From: Felis catus
Lineage: Eukaryota
Assembly (NCBI RefSeq): GCF_018350175.1
Contig: NC_058383.1
Span: 8,682,001-8,746,000 of the forward strand
DNA: 64,000 nucleotides
Reading direction: 5' to 3'
The first letter of the stretch is position 1. Each line of letters begins with the position of its first letter. The notes beneath the pieces were generated by a model. That model was not told the origin of the DNA, did not search any database, and saw nothing but the letters and a program-made list of their open reading frames with translations. A program made the position numbers and the translations under genes. Shown piece by piece: positions 61,393 to 64,000 of this stretch.

Positions 61393-61868
61393 GTTTTCTT
61401 TTTTTTTAATTTTTTAACGTTTATTTATTTATTTAAAAATTTTTTTTAACTTTTTTTTTTTTTTATTTATTTTTGAGACAGAGAGAGACAGAGCATGAAC
61501 GGGGGAGGGGCAGAGAGAGAGGGAGACACAGAATCGGAAACAGGCTCCAGGCTCTGAGCCATCAGCCCAGAGCCTGACGCAGGGCTCGAACTCACGGACT
61601 GCGAGATCGTGACCTGAGCTGAAATTGGACGCCTAACCGACTGAGCCACCCAGGCGCCCCAACGTTTATTTATTTTTGAGACAGAGAGAGACAGAGCATG
61701 AACAGGGGAGGGTCAGAGAGAGGGAGACACAGAATCCGAAACAGGCTCCGGGCTCTGAGCTGTCAGCACAGAGCCCGACGTGGGGCTCGAACTCACGGAC
61801 CGTGAGATCGTGACCTGAGCCAAAATCAGGAGGTGGACACTTAACCGACTGAGCCACCCGGGCGCCCC
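61393..61868 (-). mobile_element. Outer CAN-SINE (tail 61393-61430, body 61661-61868)
   Basis: Body ends ggcgcccc at 61868; its tail is split by a second SINE. Confidence 0.93.
61431..61660 (-). mobile_element. Inner CAN-SINE inserted in the tail of another SINE
   Basis: TSD aacgtttatttattt at 61416-61430 and 61661-61675. Confidence 0.95.
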
Positions 61869-62529
61869 TCTCTAGAGCTGTTGAAACATATGTGCATGCG
61901 TAAGTGCCGACACACGCATCCAGCTTTAACATCTTAAGAGGTTCTTTAAGCAAGTCTGTCACGCAACGGGACTGTTCCCGGAGGAAGAATTGCGAGAATA
62001 CAGCGGGTTGCTTACAGCAGGGACAGTGGAGATGAGTTTACTTCCTTTATGGTCACGATGGGAGGCTCGGCACTCTTTGCCTTCCCAGAATGCAGCGCCA
62101 GAACTCAGGAATACTTCGGTCACCTCCTCTACTTCTCACAGCTGGTGTTTTCGTGAGGCAGGCCCAGACCCGGGTTGGCGGGGTGTGGGGTAGACTGAGG
62201 CAAGCCTGGTAAGAGGCGCCGTTCTGTGGGTTCGACTCCAGGGTGCCCGGGTCTTGTGCCATCCGGACCCTGCACCAAGGCCTCTGTGCCCTCACCCCCT
62301 CTCCCTGCCTCTTCCGTCCTCCACGGTGGTTCCAGATGCCTCGGCCCCGCCACCTTTTACGTTCTCTGACCCCGTCCAGTTTTACCATTTCCCCTCAGAG
62401 TCTGGGCCCATTATAAGACTCTTGAGTGACAGATGAGTCCCCGACTCCATATCCCCGTCCAGGTGGCCCCCAGATGTCATCCCTGTGCCCACGCCTGGTC
62501 AAGGCGATTGACTCCTGTACAAAATCTCA

Positions 62530-62755
62530 CCGTGGCACAGGCCTTGGAGAGCTGGGGTCACGTCCTCCTTTCTGGCTGTGGCACCTTGGACGAGTGCTCC
62601 TCCCCTGCTGAGCCTCAGCTGTCCTCATCTGTGAAATGGAGGGGTCCGTCCCTTCTGTCGGCAGGACTGTTGCGAACAGCGGTGACCCTAGCACGTCTGA
62701 GGTCCCTGCCGCAGCGCTCGGTGCGTAGGGCATGTTCAGTGAGAACTGTTGTCAA
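62530..62755 (+). mobile_element. MIR
   Basis: ggctgtggcaccttggacgagtg...ctgagcctcagctgtcctcatctgtgaaatggagg. Confidence 0.7.
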
Positions 62756-63761
62756 CTCTGCCCGAGACCTGCTCCCCCCACCCCTTCCCACCTCTCTCCT
62801 GAGAGCTCAGAGCCCCAGCCCCTCAGCCCCTCACAGGTTGGCTTCTACCCCCAACTCCATTCAGGGGGCGCTCAGCATTCCCGGGACCTCCCTGGCGGCC
62901 AAATCCAGAGCTTTCCGCCAGCCTCACGTCTGTGATGCCGTTTGATAGAAGCGAGCACCTTCGCCCTCTTGGAACCGCCTCCTCCTGACCTCTGCTCTCC
63001 CCGCTCTCCTCCTGCTCCTCTCCATTCCTGTTCTTTGACTTCTGCCTCCGACCGGCTGAGAGAGGGAGAGCTGGCTAGCCCCGAGCCTCTCTCCCAGGAA
63101 ACTGATTTGTGAATCGGCCCTGGGCTGCTCCATGAGATGGGGGCGGGGGGGGGGGTGGCACTTGACATGCGGCCGGTCCAAAGAGAGATGTGCCGAGGCG
63201 TAAAATGCCCCCCAGGTGTCAAAAGCTTAGTACCAGAAGTATCTGTTCTCTGCTAATAACTTCTATATTGATGGGGCAGGAAATGAAAATATTGGGGAGA
63301 TATTCATTTCATCTGGTTCTTTTTGCTTTTTCAACATGGCTTTGGAGAGTTCTAAGTCACCTAGGAGGTTGGCACCCGGATTTTGGCGGTGGCGGCGCTG
63401 GCCTGGACTGCGGACCGGGCCCTGCAGCAGGCCCCCTTTCACGCACCCGGGTCTTGATGTGCTCGGACGGGGCATTCAGCCGCGCGCTCGCTCTCTCTCT
63501 CTCTCGCTCTCTCTCTCTCTCAACCACCCCGTGTCTTTCGAGTCCCGCCTGTGTGCCGGGCCCCTGCCGTACACACAGGAGACTGAGATCAGTGCTCCTG
63601 GGAGTGCAGCCCGACGTCACGTCCGCTCTCTGGGCCGCAACCAGGCCGTGGGCTGCAGAGGGCACCGTGTGCATCAGGCCGGGCCGCACCCGCCGCCCTC
63701 CCCCTGTATCCCCAGGGAGTGGGACTGACCCCTGAATGTGACCGGCTTCCTCAGTCCACCC

Positions 63762-63968
63762 TTTGTTTTGTTTTGTTTTGTTTTGTTATTTATTTATTTA
63801 CTTGGAGAGAGTGAGCATGAGCAGGGCCGAGAGAGGGTGAGGGGGGAGAGAGAGAATCCCAAGCAGGCTCTGCACTGACCGTGGGCGCAATCTCATGAAC
63901 TGTGAGGTCGTGACCCGAGCCAAAATCAAGAGTCGGACTCTTAACTGACTAAGCCACCCAGGCGCCCC
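63762..63968 (-). mobile_element. CAN-SINE with (GTTTT)n tail
   Basis: gagccaaaatcaagagtcggactcttaactgactaagccacccaggcgcccc. Confidence 0.93.
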
Positions 63969-64000
63969 CAACCTTCTGGAGTTTTGAAGCGTCCCACGCC

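Noticed and set aside
5802..63968. Dispersed tRNA-like repeats as tRNA genes or a CRISPR-like array
   Set aside because: They are tRNA-derived SINE heads with CT-rich bodies, A tails and TSDs, irregularly spaced, with no cloverleaf and no repeat-spacer periodicity.
1..64000. A novel prokaryote-style system (defence island, retron, CRISPR, operon)
   Set aside because: The sequence is mammalian non-coding DNA with no operon-like coding density or recognisable enzyme genes.

Overview
This is eukaryotic, not prokaryotic, DNA: a GC- and CpG-rich stretch of a carnivore genome, almost certainly a felid (cat-like). The basis is about 23 tRNA-derived CAN-SINEs, most of the Felidae SINEC_Fc type and many with intact target-site duplications. 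The rest is a typical mammalian non-coding landscape: old L1M, L2 and MIR fragments, hAT-Charlie and Tigger DNA-transposon fossils (MER58, MER5A, MER47-like, Charlie1-like), microsatellites, G/C homopolymers, and several repeat-free AT-rich blocks dense in homeodomain-type motifs that look like conserved non-coding enhancers. I recognise no protein-coding exon, RNA gene or CRISPR array, and the ORF track is explained by GC-rich chance ORFs and repeats. Most L1 fragments lie on the - strand, which suggests but does not prove that the window is inside a very long intron of a + strand gene I cannot name. I found no support for a previously undescribed biological system. The most interesting items are nested transposon insertions, closely spaced inverted repeat pairs, apparent AT-to-GC drift of ancient repeats, candidate enhancers, and a few speculative microexon or splice-signal candidates. 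Repeat family names come from recalled consensus sequences, not from a search, and boundaries of old repeats are approximate.
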